Shown: one piece after another, positions 1 to 10,527 of the stretch | Layout of the letters: every line of letters starts with the position of its first letter | Position numbering within the stretch: position 1 is the first letter of the stretch | Source of the DNA: Nitrosopumilaceae archaeon | Lineage (GTDB): Archaea; Thermoproteota; Nitrososphaeria; Nitrososphaerales; Nitrosopumilaceae | Length of the DNA: 64,000 bases | Assembly: GCA_030038445.1 (NCBI GenBank) | Contig: JASHOW010000025.1 | Span: forward strand, 1,281-65,280 | Reading direction: 5' to 3' | The notes under the pieces: generated by a model | Told to the model about the DNA's origin: nothing | Seen by the model: only the letters and a program-made list of their open reading frames with translations | The model's database searches: none | Program-made: the position numbers and the translations under genes

Positions 1-347
1 AAACCAGCACCCACTATCCCCCCCACTAGTGCATGGCTGCTTGAAGTCGGTAGTCCCAAAATCCAAGTTATCACATCCCAAACTATGGCACCTACCAAGG
101 CACCTACAACTATGTTGAGTGTTACAAAGTCTGGATTTATGATGCCTTTTCCTATGGTAGTTGCTACAGCTACGCCAAAAAGAAACGGTCCAATGAAGTT
201 AGCAAAGGCTGAGATACCAACTGCCGGAAGTGGCTTTAAGATTCTTGTTCCCACTACAGTAGCAATAGAGTTTGCTGCATCATGAAAGCCGTTTAAGAAA
301 TCAAAAACTAGTGCTGCCACTATGGCTCCAATAGCAAGTCCAATCAT
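1..347 (-). CDS. pitA: PiT-family inorganic phosphate transporter, N-terminal part (runs off window)
   Basis: Manual translation from ATG at 347: MIGLAIGAIVAALVFDFLNGFHDAANSIA..., carrying the PiT signature GxHDxAN; lies next to DUF47. Confidence 0.9.
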   Translation of the reverse strand, partial: MIGLAIGAIVAALVFDFLNGFHDAANSIATVVGTRILKPLPAVGISAFANFIGPFLFGVAVATTIGKGIINPDFVTLNIVVGALVGAIVWDVITWILGLPTSSSHALVGGIVGAG

Positions 348-355
348 ACAAAAGC

Positions 356-988
356 CTATGTGTACTTTAGAACTACGTCTTCTATGGAATCCGCCACATC
401 AAGACATCTATCTGAAGCCTCTTCCAAAGATTCGTAGATGTCTTTTAGTTTTATAATATTTATAACATCAGTTGTCTCCAGCAGTTCCCCCACAGCCTTT
501 CTGTATATATCATCAGCGTTATGCTCTATGACACTGACTGCGCGACAGTGGGCAATTATTGATTTATTGACCTTTAACTTGTTCAGGCTTGTAATCATAA
601 GGTTGATCTCTTTGGCAGCATTTTGTAGCTCCTTTGCTAACTCCAGCATGTATGGAGGTGGCGTTTTTATCTTGAAATTGACAATTCTGCCAGATATGCC
701 TTCAATATAATCAATAATGTCGTCTGTCTTGGAAGCAATACGGGATATATCTTCCCTGTCAAGTGGTGTGATGAATGTTTTATTTAGTTCCTCAAAGACA
801 GAATGTGTCAGTCCGTCAGCTTCTCGTTCTATCTTTTTTATCTGGGTATGATTCTCGTCTAATTTTTCAAAGTTATCAAATATACTTACCAACAGTTTTG
901 CTGCTTCCTCTGCCTTGCATGCCAGAGCGTTTAACAGCGATAAAATTTCCTTTTCGTTGGACTTGATCCAAGTCATCCACTGAGTCAT
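356..988 (-). CDS. DUF47 / PhoU-like phosphate transport regulator
   Basis: Motifs IEREAD...FITPLDREDI and D(R)CLDVAD; directly upstream of PiT. Confidence 0.9.
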   Translation of the reverse strand: MTQWMTWIKSNEKEILSLLNALACKAEEAAKLLVSIFDNFEKLDENHTQIKKIEREADGLTHSVFEELNKTFITPLDREDISRIASKTDDIIDYIEGISGRIVNFKIKTPPPYMLELAKELQNAAKEINLMITSLNKLKVNKSIIAHCRAVSVIEHNADDIYRKAVGELLETTDVINIIKLKDIYESLEEASDRCLDVADSIEDVVLKYT

Positions 989-1119
989 GTGGCTACTCTA
1001 AGATTTCATAGTTAAATGTCTGATGCATATAGGACACATGATCTATATAGTTACAAGATCTGCCTGCGATTCACATGCCTTTCAAAAAACAAATCTAGCC
1101 GTGTTACATAGGTTGATCC

Positions 1120-2052
1120 ATGGCTACATTTTCTGTTGAGGAGCTCAAAGTTCAATACCATTCAAGAAACTCAACTGTAAAAGCTGTGGATGGTGTCTCC
1201 TTTTCTCTTGATGACAAGGAGTCAATTGGGGTAGTGGGTGAGAGTGCATGTGGAAAAAGCACCCTGGGGCTTGCAATTATCAGATCTTCCTCCGGTGGAA
1301 AGATAGTTTCAGGAGACATATTGCTAGATGGCAAGTCCATAGTGAATATGACAGAGGTAGAGTTTACCAAAACAATGCGCTGGAAAGAGATATCCATGGT
1401 CTTTCAAGGAGCAATGAGCTCATTAGATCCCGTCTTTCCAATAAAGCAGCAATTTAAGGAGATCTTGAAGACATATGATTATAATGACAATCATATCAAA
1501 ACAATAGAGAATACCATAGATTTGGTTGGGCTTGATTCATCGGTACTAGACAAATTTCCCCACGAGCTTAGCGGAGGCATGAAACAGAGAGTAGTAATTG
1601 CTATGGCATTGCTTTTAAGGCCAAAACTGATGATTGCCGATGAGCCTACAACTGCACTTGATATGCTTACGCAAGCCCAAGTCCTAGACATTTTTAAAAA
1701 ACTGAAAAAAAATACATCCATCATGTTAATCTCCCATGACCTCGGCATAATCTCTGAGATCGCAGACAAGGTTGCAATAATGTACGCAGGACAGATTGTA
1801 GAATTTGGTACTCTGCAAGAGGTTTACTCAAACCCCAAGCACCCTTATACACAGGCATTGCTCAGATCTGTACCAAAGATCAAGGGTAAATCCGAGATAA
1901 CATCTCTAAAGGGCAATCCACCTAACTTGGTTAGCCCTCCTGCTGGGTGCAGGTTTTATGACAGATGTCCACAAGCAATGGAAAAATGTAAAAAAATGCC
2001 GCCCATGATCAAAATTAAGACAGGATACACATCATGTTGGCTCTATGAATAG
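1120..2052 (+). CDS. dppD: Oligo/dipeptide ABC transporter ATP-binding subunit (DppD/OppD-like)
   Basis: Walker A GESACGKS, LSGGMKQR, DEPT, C-terminal HPYT...GCRF..RC. Confidence 0.85.
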   Translation: MATFSVEELKVQYHSRNSTVKAVDGVSFSLDDKESIGVVGESACGKSTLGLAIIRSSSGGKIVSGDILLDGKSIVNMTEVEFTKTMRWKEISMVFQGAMSSLDPVFPIKQQFKEILKTYDYNDNHIKTIENTIDLVGLDSSVLDKFPHELSGGMKQRVVIAMALLLRPKLMIADEPTTALDMLTQAQVLDIFKKLKKNTSIMLISHDLGIISEIADKVAIMYAGQIVEFGTLQEVYSNPKHPYTQALLRSVPKIKGKSEITSLKGNPPNLVSPPAGCRFYDRCPQAMEKCKKMPPMIKIKTGYTSCWLYE

Positions 2053-2071
2053 AATAAAATAAAAAATTAAT

Positions 2072-2986
2072 CTAGTGAGAATATGTAGTCTGGTTGAGAC
2101 CTGCACCGTTGTAATATGCATTGTATATGTTTAATGCGTTCTGCAATGCCACTTCAGTTCCAGTCTCAATTTGCATATTTCTGTCGTCTGTATTGTGTTC
2201 ATTTGTAGTAGTGCTATTTAGTCCTACATAATTAGTTGAATAGGTTGCCGCAAGTGCCTTGGCATGAATCTCTTGGAATATCTGTATGGCTTTGTTCAGA
2301 GAAGATGCTTCATCTGTGGTCAGCTGTCTACCTTGAGTATTTTCATTTGTAGTACCATTGTATTGTAGATTCAGATATCCAGTATCAATTCTTGCAAGAT
2401 CATTGACAAGTGAAGTTGCCTGTATCTCCATTGCTTCCCTAGTCTTCTCTATCTGGGCCTCTCTATCAGGAGATTGTTCATTTGTAGTACCATTGTCTTG
2501 TAGATTAGTATATGCCTCATCTATTCGTGCCAACGCAGAAACAATAGATTGCGAATCGTTTAACGACACAGATCTTCCTTCAGCAATCAAGGCATTTCTA
2601 TCCCTTCCTTGCTCATCAGTTGTTGTACTATTCAAACCTGTATAGTTTGTCAGTTGCGATGAACTGAGTTGTTGTTCGTAGTACGGACTAAATCCCGACA
2701 TGGCATTCTGTAATGATGCCTGTGAAGCCGCTGGGATATCACGTCCTTTAGTATTCTCATCTGTTGTAGAATAAGATAAGCCTGACCAGTTTCTTTGTGA
2801 TCCGTTCACATCGTTATAGAGGTACTTGTCTGAATAAACCAAAGCAGCAGTTTTCTGAGCAACCAGCTCCCTTTGTTCAATCTGAGACCAAGGATCGTCA
2901 GCAAATGCAACTTTGCTTAGGTAAACAGAACCTCCACCTAGAACTAAACCTACAATCATCACTACGGACAGGAGTCGCATGTTCAC
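2072..2986 (-). CDS. Secreted repeat protein of unknown function
   Basis: Signal peptide plus about five internal repeats of Y-x-x-L-x(2-3)-TT-(D/N)-E. Confidence 0.75.
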   Translation of the reverse strand: MNMRLLSVVMIVGLVLGGGSVYLSKVAFADDPWSQIEQRELVAQKTAALVYSDKYLYNDVNGSQRNWSGLSYSTTDENTKGRDIPAASQASLQNAMSGFSPYYEQQLSSSQLTNYTGLNSTTTDEQGRDRNALIAEGRSVSLNDSQSIVSALARIDEAYTNLQDNGTTNEQSPDREAQIEKTREAMEIQATSLVNDLARIDTGYLNLQYNGTTNENTQGRQLTTDEASSLNKAIQIFQEIHAKALAATYSTNYVGLNSTTTNEHNTDDRNMQIETGTEVALQNALNIYNAYYNGAGLNQTTYSH

Positions 2987-3151
2987 GTTTGAGTATGATA
3001 TATCATAGCCTTTAAAACTTTGCGCTAGTCAGAATTTGACCAAGTGATCGGCCCAGACAGCACTAGTTAGATTATTCTTCTGCCTTCATAGATCTGTTGT
3101 GTGCGACTCTCCGCGTTTTCTTGATATACTTGATAAACAAGTAATGGTACG

Positions 3152-4111
3152 ATGAAAGAGGTTCTTTCCGTGAAGAACTTGGGAAAATACTTTGTAAAAG
3201 GTGAATTTTCTCGTCAAAAAGAGACAATAAGAGCAGTAGATGACGTATCGTTTTCAGTAAAAAAAGGTCAAACACTAGTACTAGCCGGTGAGTCAGGGTC
3301 TGGTAAGACAACCATTGCTCGTTTAATATTACGTGCAATTGAGCCAGATTCAGGCGAGATAGTTTTTGATGGTATCAAAATAGACAACTCCACTACCATA
3401 CTCAAAAAGATGCGAACTGAATGTCAAATGATATACCAAGATCCTTATGCATCGATAGATCCTAGAATGAAGATCTTGGACGCAGTAAGAGAACCGCTAG
3501 ATATACACAACATTGGAAGACCAAATGAGAGAAAAGAATTGGTTTTTTCTGCTCTAAGTGACGTTAAGCTAGATCCACAGGAGATAGCATTAAAATATCC
3601 ACATATGCTATCAGGTGGCCAAAGACAGAGAGTAGCAATTGCCAGATCAATTGCAACCAAGCCCAAATTGGTCATAGCTGATGAACCGGTTTCAATGCTT
3701 GATGTCTCAGTAAGGCTTGGAATTTTAGAATTGATAAAAGAATTGCAGGACAAGCATGATATATCATTTCTATACATAACACATGATCTAGCTACTGCAA
3801 AATATGTTGGACATGAGATTGCAATACTATATCTTGGCAAGATTGTTGAGGCGGGTCCCATCGACGAAGTGTTGTTACAACCAAGACATCCTTACACGCA
3901 AGCACTTCTTGATTCTATTTCGGAGCCAAGTCCTGATAATTTACACAAGGAGAAAAGAATTCGTATCAACGAGCCTCTAAAGATTGACACATACAAAGGA
4001 TGTAGATTTAGAGCAAGATGTCCTTATGCTATTGAAAAATGCAAACAAGAACCCACCCTTGAAGAGGTTGACAATCACAGATACGTTGCTTGTTTTGTAG
4101 AAATAAACTAG
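3152..4111 (+). CDS. dppF: Oligo/dipeptide ABC transporter ATP-binding subunit (DppF/OppF-like)
   Basis: GESGSGKT, LSGGQRQR, DEPV, HPYT, GCRFRARC. Confidence 0.85.
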   Translation: MKEVLSVKNLGKYFVKGEFSRQKETIRAVDDVSFSVKKGQTLVLAGESGSGKTTIARLILRAIEPDSGEIVFDGIKIDNSTTILKKMRTECQMIYQDPYASIDPRMKILDAVREPLDIHNIGRPNERKELVFSALSDVKLDPQEIALKYPHMLSGGQRQRVAIARSIATKPKLVIADEPVSMLDVSVRLGILELIKELQDKHDISFLYITHDLATAKYVGHEIAILYLGKIVEAGPIDEVLLQPRHPYTQALLDSISEPSPDNLHKEKRIRINEPLKIDTYKGCRFRARCPYAIEKCKQEPTLEEVDNHRYVACFVEIN

Positions 4112-7100
4112 TTTGCCACTTGTTGTATACCAGAGATTCTGTGTGACACAACATGGGAAATGCCGTTTCTTGGAAATACACCGTAGATCAGGGTTGCCTT
4201 TTGCACTACGGAGTCCTTTAATGACACCATGATAATCTGACTTCCACCAGATCTGTCTTCTAGTATTCTAGATAGTCTTTCTGTGTTTAGTGCGTCCAAG
4301 TGGGCATCAACTTCGTCAAGTAGATAAAATGGAGAAGGCTTAAGTTTTTGAAGTGCAAGAAGAAATGTAATTGCTGCAAGAGTTTTTTCTCCGCCGCTGA
4401 TTGATGTAGATTCTCGTTTTGGTTTGTCTGGAAACTGTACAAGGTACGAGATGCCTGATGAAAATATATCGTCTTCATTTTGGATTTCAAGCCAAGCATT
4501 TCCACCAGTCATCTTATTAAATATCTCACGAATGTCTTTGTCTACTTTATCATAAGACTCCAAAAATGTTTGCCTCTTGTCCTTGTCTATTTCTTCAATA
4601 AATTTTACTATAGAGTTGCGCTCTGTTTCAAGTTCATTTTTTCTTGTAGACATTGAACGGTATCCTTCTGAGACCTCTACATAAGTCTCAGGCGCTCTGG
4701 TGTTAAGGGAACCAGACATCTTTTTCTTCTCAGCTTCCAGTTCAACAAGGATTTGATCAACATCAAATGATTCAAGCAAGATCTCATAGCCGTATGAAAG
4801 CAGTGTTTTGTGTATTCTTGTCTCATTTTCTCCAAGATCCTTTATGTCACGCAAAATAGAGTCAGACTGTCTTTCCAATCCATTGACCTCTTTTGTTATT
4901 GCCCTCTCGGACTCGTAGAGGCCCTTCAGCTTAGAGTCATATTCTTTGAGTGTTGACACAGAGGTTCCAGACGTGGATATCAATTGTTGTTCTTTTTCTC
5001 TTAATAGCACTAATGATACATCAATGCTTTCCTTTTCCTTTGACAGTACTCTTGATTGCACTTCTAGATCAGACTTTTCATGATTTAGAGAGGATTGTTC
5101 TTCTGACAAGCGCCTCATGTTTGCTTTATGCGAGTTCTCTTCGTTGGTAAGCTCTGTAAGTTTCGTAGTTAATTCACGAAATTCGGTTGAGATAGTACTC
5201 TGTGTACTCAATAGAATAGAACGCTTCTCGTTTAGTGAAGAGATCATGGTAGCTATTCTTCTTTGTTCTTCTTCAGCATAGTTTTCTTTGGTTAGTGCAA
5301 TTCTTTCTTCCAATGATGTGACATAAGATTCAGTTTTTGTAAATTCCACTAATATGCTTTCATCTCTGCGTTGGAGTTGCGATATCCTTGAGAACAGCTG
5401 ATCTAGCGACATAGATATTGTCTTTAATTTTGTTTTTACATCTGTAAGGCTGAGGTCTGTATTAGCAAGCCCCGTCTCTGAAGAATTGTATCTACTCTCT
5501 AGGCTCCTTGTTATCCTCTCGATCTTCTTTATTTGTACTTGCTTATTTTGAATAAATCTCTTTAATAGTTCTAGAGATTGAACCAGTCCGTCTACAGATG
5601 TGCTAAGAAGTATTATTTTTGTAAGATTTGAGATCTTTGAATTCATGTCTACAATCACAGCATTTGCATCTGCCTCAAAGAACTGTCCTTCAAGTGTGAC
5701 TGCCTTGTAGCCTCTTTTTGACAATGCATAGGCTGACTCTTTAGAATTTGCAAGGGCAATATTCCCAAAGATAAAGTTTTTGAGAGGCTCTAGTTTTTCA
5801 TCACATTTTATAAAATCTGAGAGTATTCCAAGTATTCCTTCCTCTTGTTTGATAACCACTTTATGATTTGAAATTGCATCCAAGGGAATAATTCTAATTT
5901 TTGGGAGTTTTTTTTGCTGAGCAAAGTCTGCTATTCCAAGCAGGGTGGCAAAATCATTTACGACAAGCGCCTTTAGCCAATCAGAACCAACGGACAGAAT
6001 TGCCCTCTCATATTGTTTTTCCCATAGTAATAACTCATAGACAAGACCTTGAATCCCTAATCTTTTAGAATCCTCTTTGAGTTTTGCAATTGAGTAATCT
6101 TCATGCATAACTTCCTTCACAACTTTGATCTTTGCTTCATATTGTGCTGCAGCTTTGCTTGCCTTTTCAAAAATTATTGTGGTCTCTTCAATATCTTTTT
6201 CTGCCTTGGTACGTTTTTCGCGCAAATCAGAGAGTCTAGATTTTAGTTCATTTATTGCCAATTCATGGCCTGATCTTACTTGCCTGAGCTTTTGTTCAAG
6301 GTCAAGTAGTTTTGTTTTCTCATCGAGCAATGCAGTTGTCTTGAGTGAATTCTGCTCGATCTTGTTTTTTATGTCTAGCCGTTCATGTTCTAGTTTTGAG
6401 ATAGAAAGTTTTGCGTCATTTAGCGTGCTAGTAAGGTCACGTATTTTTTCGTCAGTTTTGAGTTTGTTACTTGTGACATGAGACTGCTGTCTCAGTGTTT
6501 GGTTTATTTCAGAATCGACAGATGTTAGCTCAGCGTTTGTATTCTTTTTTGATTCATTGATTACTTGTATAGAATTTTTCAGTTCTGTGATTTGTGACTC
6601 TAAAATAAGACGTTGTTCATGAAATTTTTCTAGTTCGGCATGAATTTCTGGCAGCCTAGCATCTACTTGCATAATTCTTCTTGCACCAGTAGCTAGCTTA
6701 CTATTTACCTCTTCAGATTGGTGCATAGCAGTTGAGAGTTCAGAATCTATCTTGGCCTTGGCAATGTTATATGCATTGACCTCTTCCATGAACTTTTGTT
6801 TTTCTTCTTCAATCTTCTTTATTTCCTCTTTTAAGTGGTTACGCTGTTCGTCAAGTTTATCATATTCAGACTGGATTGCATTAAGACTTCGCTCCTTGGA
6901 TATTTTTTGAGCATCGATATCACGTAGTTTATTGGATGCTTGGATGGCATAGAGTCTCTTCAGTTCCCTGTCCAAAAAGTCATACCTTAGCTGACTGTTT
7001 CGTTCTGCCTCCAGCTCATCAATACGTTTCTTTATCTCATCCATCCTAGCAAGTGCTATCTCAAGTCTTCTATCTGCCTCATCAAGTTGTTTTAGTGCTT

Positions 7101-7632
7101 CTGTCTTTTTTTCATCAAAATAGGCAAGTCCTATAATATCTTCAATTATTTTCCTTCTCTCTTCAGCGTTGAACTCTGAGATCCTTGTAATTGTACCTTG
7201 TTGTACTATGTTTAGCTTGTGTATCCCACAGTTTGCTATCTCTAGTAGATCCAAAATGTAATTTCTTAGTACCTTTTTTTGGTTCAGATAGTAGATATTC
7301 TCGCCAGACTCGTCCATTTCCCTTGTTATTGTAACTGTATTTGAGTCAACTGGGATCTTTCTATCAGAGTTATCAAAGTGGCAGCTTACCCGTGCTATCT
7401 TTGCACCATGGTGAGCGTTATCTACATCGTGTAATAACGAACGTAACTTGTCCACCCTCATTACCTTGGGCGAGTTTTCCCCAAGAGCAAAAGAAATTGC
7501 ATCTAGTATGTTGCTTTTACCAGATCCATTGGCACCAGAGATGGCCACAAGGCCTGGCTCAAAGTTGACTAGCGTATTCTTATATCCAAACGATTTGAAC
7601 CCAAAGATCTCCAGTTTGCGTATGTGTACCAA
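4108..7632 (-). CDS. smc: Chromosome segregation protein SMC
   Basis: FKSF...GANGSGKSN, long coiled coils, hinge, ISGGEK, DEVDAHLD; 1174 aa. Confidence 0.97.
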   Translation of the reverse strand: MVHIRKLEIFGFKSFGYKNTLVNFEPGLVAISGANGSGKSNILDAISFALGENSPKVMRVDKLRSLLHDVDNAHHGAKIARVSCHFDNSDRKIPVDSNTVTITREMDESGENIYYLNQKKVLRNYILDLLEIANCGIHKLNIVQQGTITRISEFNAEERRKIIEDIIGLAYFDEKKTEALKQLDEADRRLEIALARMDEIKKRIDELEAERNSQLRYDFLDRELKRLYAIQASNKLRDIDAQKISKERSLNAIQSEYDKLDEQRNHLKEEIKKIEEEKQKFMEEVNAYNIAKAKIDSELSTAMHQSEEVNSKLATGARRIMQVDARLPEIHAELEKFHEQRLILESQITELKNSIQVINESKKNTNAELTSVDSEINQTLRQQSHVTSNKLKTDEKIRDLTSTLNDAKLSISKLEHERLDIKNKIEQNSLKTTALLDEKTKLLDLEQKLRQVRSGHELAINELKSRLSDLREKRTKAEKDIEETTIIFEKASKAAAQYEAKIKVVKEVMHEDYSIAKLKEDSKRLGIQGLVYELLLWEKQYERAILSVGSDWLKALVVNDFATLLGIADFAQQKKLPKIRIIPLDAISNHKVVIKQEEGILGILSDFIKCDEKLEPLKNFIFGNIALANSKESAYALSKRGYKAVTLEGQFFEADANAVIVDMNSKISNLTKIILLSTSVDGLVQSLELLKRFIQNKQVQIKKIERITRSLESRYNSSETGLANTDLSLTDVKTKLKTISMSLDQLFSRISQLQRRDESILVEFTKTESYVTSLEERIALTKENYAEEEQRRIATMISSLNEKRSILLSTQSTISTEFRELTTKLTELTNEENSHKANMRRLSEEQSSLNHEKSDLEVQSRVLSKEKESIDVSLVLLREKEQQLISTSGTSVSTLKEYDSKLKGLYESERAITKEVNGLERQSDSILRDIKDLGENETRIHKTLLSYGYEILLESFDVDQILVELEAEKKKMSGSLNTRAPETYVEVSEGYRSMSTRKNELETERNSIVKFIEEIDKDKRQTFLESYDKVDKDIREIFNKMTGGNAWLEIQNEDDIFSSGISYLVQFPDKPKRESTSISGGEKTLAAITFLLALQKLKPSPFYLLDEVDAHLDALNTERLSRILEDRSGGSQIIMVSLKDSVVQKATLIYGVFPRNGISHVVSHRISGIQQVAN

Positions 7633-7717
7633 TAAAACCTGTGATCATGCATGCGAGATAACAGATTATTGACAAGTTTCGTTGACTAGACTAACAACAA
7701 TATTACTAACGCATGAA

Positions 7718-8782
7718 CTATTTTTCTCGTTTGCCTTCGACAAATTCTGTAAAGGCCTTCTTTGCATCAGTGTATGGCAGCTGTATCGGAGGATGCTTGA
7801 AGCAGTAAGACGAAATACTAGTCATTGGTCCAGAAAGTTTTCGATCTAGTGCTATTTTCAATCCACGTATTGCATCAATCATTATTCCTGCGCTATTGTA
7901 GGCGTCAATTACCTTGAGTTTTAGATCTAGTTTGATAGGTATCTTTCCAAAGTACTTACCTTCTATGTTGATGTAACAGATCTTTTCATTGTCAATGAAA
8001 TCAACATAATCACTCGGGCCTATCCTCATTGGTATGTCATAGTCTGCCATAGCCTTTACTGCACTAGTCTTGCTTATTCTTTTGTCTTCAAGCCTCTCTT
8101 CATCAAGCATATTGTAAAAATCCATGTCGCCCCCAATGTTCAACTGATATGTACCATCCACTAGAACTCCCCTGTCCACAAAGAGCTTGACAAGTGTCTT
8201 GTGAACTACTGTTGCGCCAAGCTGACTCATTACATCGTCTCCCGCCAGAGGAATCTTTTTGTCTGAATACATCTGCTGCCATTTTGGTTCTGATGCGATA
8301 AATACTGGAATAGCGTTAAGAAATCCAATTCCTGCTTCAAGTGCTTGACTCGCATAGTGTCTTACGGCCTCTGTGCTCCCAACAGGAAGGTAATTTACAA
8401 GCATCTCAGCACCGGCATCTTGCAATACTTTTTTTATGTTTACTTCTGGTTCCTGCGAGGGTGTAACTATCCTACTTAGGTGCCTACCCAATCCATCCTT
8501 TGTTGGTCCGCGTTGGACTGTTATCCCTGTATGAGGCACCTCAGCAACTGTTATGGTATTGTTAGGTCTTGCGTATATTGCCTCTGAGATATCTTTCCCA
8601 ACTTTTGTATCTGCAACGTCAAATGCAGCTACTACCTCGATGTCTCTTGGCTCGTATCCACCCAAGTTGTATGCAGTAAGGCCTACATTGTCATGAGGAT
8701 TATCAGTATAGTATTTTGCACCTTGAATTAGTGCAGATGCACAGTTGCCCACACCTGCTATGGCAATCTTGATCTTTCCCAA
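7718..8782 (-). CDS. ino1: Myo-inositol-1-phosphate synthase
   Basis: GVGNCAS, NYLPVGS, GDD.MSQ.GAT, YQLNIGG.MDF. Confidence 0.95.
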   Translation of the reverse strand: MGKIKIAIAGVGNCASALIQGAKYYTDNPHDNVGLTAYNLGGYEPRDIEVVAAFDVADTKVGKDISEAIYARPNNTITVAEVPHTGITVQRGPTKDGLGRHLSRIVTPSQEPEVNIKKVLQDAGAEMLVNYLPVGSTEAVRHYASQALEAGIGFLNAIPVFIASEPKWQQMYSDKKIPLAGDDVMSQLGATVVHKTLVKLFVDRGVLVDGTYQLNIGGDMDFYNMLDEERLEDKRISKTSAVKAMADYDIPMRIGPSDYVDFIDNEKICYINIEGKYFGKIPIKLDLKLKVIDAYNSAGIMIDAIRGLKIALDRKLSGPMTSISSYCFKHPPIQLPYTDAKKAFTEFVEGKREK

Positions 8783-8870
8783 CTTATTCGATAGATACCA
8801 AATTACACCTACATATTAATTGTGATTCGCTCAGGCAGAGGATTTTATATCCCAGAATGAATTGTGACGT

Positions 8871-9809
8871 GTGACAAAATCAGGCAGGCCGGTAAAAGAC
8901 ATCTTGGTAAAAAAAGGTGACACCGTAGATACAATATTTGATCAAATGTCAAAATCTGGCGGATTTGAGTCACGGAATCTTGCTGATGGGTTAAACATTC
9001 TTTGTTCAATGATTGAAGACAAGCAATGTTTGAAGTTCCTATCTTTTGTTGGCGCTGTGGTGTCAACAGGGCTTCGAGGAATAATTACTGACATGGTAAA
9101 AAACAAGATGTGTGATGTTATCATTACCACTTGTGGTGCTCTTGATCATGATATTGCAAGGCATTATTCTGATTATTTGGAGGGATCTTTTACCCTTGAT
9201 GATAGCGAGCTAGCAGACAAGAAAATTCACAGACTGGGAAACGTGTTGGTCCCGCTAAAAAGTTATGGTCCGTTGATTGAAGAAAAGGTTCAATCTTTTT
9301 TACAAAAGGAATATTCAGGTGGAAAAAAGGAAATGTCGACACACGAAGTTTGCAAGGCAATAGGGTCTAACCTTGGAGAGGATTCATTTCTGTATTGGGC
9401 ACACAAAAACAACATACCTGTAGTAGTTCCAGGTATAATGGATGGTGCCGTAGGCAGTCAGATTTGGATGTTTACGCAAAAACATAGTGACTTTAGATTA
9501 AATGTAGCTGCAGATGGAGATTTGTTGTCAGGATTAATCTTCAAGGCAAAAAAATCTGGTGCATTAATGATTGGTGGTGGAATCTCAAAACACCATACGT
9601 TGTGGTGGAATCAATACAGAGATGGATTGGATTATGCGGTGTATATTACAACTGCACAAGAGTTTGATGGAAGTCTAAGCGGCGCACTTGTACGGGAAGC
9701 AATATCATGGGGCAAGGTGACCCAAAATGCAAAACAAACAACCATACATGCAGAAGCAACAACTATTCTTCCATTTCTCTACTCTGCATTGCTTTCCAAG
9801 ATCAAATAG
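8871..9809 (+). CDS. dys: Deoxyhypusine synthase
   Basis: GGGISKHH, DGSLSGA..REAISWGK. Confidence 0.95.
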   Translation: MTKSGRPVKDILVKKGDTVDTIFDQMSKSGGFESRNLADGLNILCSMIEDKQCLKFLSFVGAVVSTGLRGIITDMVKNKMCDVIITTCGALDHDIARHYSDYLEGSFTLDDSELADKKIHRLGNVLVPLKSYGPLIEEKVQSFLQKEYSGGKKEMSTHEVCKAIGSNLGEDSFLYWAHKNNIPVVVPGIMDGAVGSQIWMFTQKHSDFRLNVAADGDLLSGLIFKAKKSGALMIGGGISKHHTLWWNQYRDGLDYAVYITTAQEFDGSLSGALVREAISWGKVTQNAKQTTIHAEATTILPFLYSALLSKIK

Positions 9810-10527
9810 TATAGATATTTTTTTTATATTCCTCTTTGAATCCTAGTTTCAAGTAAAAATCAAGCAATCCATCCAAACCATAAGTCTCAAGCATTAACAA
9901 CTCTAGGTTGCGCCTTTTGACTTCGTTAAGAGCAAAACCAATTAGCGAAGCCGCAAGTCCCTTTCTTCTCATGTCTGGCATAGTTCCAAGGCAGTAAAGT
10001 CCCAATATTGAGTTATTTTCGTACAAGGCCACGCAGGAGCTTGCAGATTTGTCAATGTAATATTCTATTGGGCCAATTGATTGTCTTACAATCTTATCTA
10101 CTGAAGTAATCCAATCATGACAATCATATGCTTGGCAGAATATTGTAGACCACAGCATAGATTCATTGTTTGATATCATGTAAGCAGAAGAGTTTAACGT
10201 CATGTCTGGATTCTTGGTTAGGACATGTTGCGTGTCACGTAGGTGGAAATTTTTTGCAACTAGCTTTTCTTCAAGTTTTTGGTTGTTTAGTGCATATACA
10301 TATGGAATTGTATGGTATCTCCTAGCAAGTGTAACTGCGCCGTCTATTGTCTGGTCGCTTATGCAGGTTAGGTCAGTAAGCTTGTTAAAGAAAATGTCAT
10401 TTGGTAATTCTTCATTGACAAAAAACCTTCCACATTGTAGATTTATCAGATTGCTCCAGAGGACTGTAAAGGCACTGTCAGTTTCCTCTATGCGTACAAT
10501 CAGATCTCTATTCCTAGTACTTGACAT
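9802..10527 (-). CDS. GNAT-family acetyltransferase
   Basis: Acetyl-CoA motif T.PDMRRKGLA and FYLKLGF; overlaps the end of the CysRS-like gene. Confidence 0.8.
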   Translation of the reverse strand: MSSTRNRDLIVRIEETDSAFTVLWSNLINLQCGRFFVNEELPNDIFFNKLTDLTCISDQTIDGAVTLARRYHTIPYVYALNNQKLEEKLVAKNFHLRDTQHVLTKNPDMTLNSSAYMISNNESMLWSTIFCQAYDCHDWITSVDKIVRQSIGPIEYYIDKSASSCVALYENNSILGLYCLGTMPDMRRKGLAASLIGFALNEVKRRNLELLMLETYGLDGLLDFYLKLGFKEEYKKNIYTI

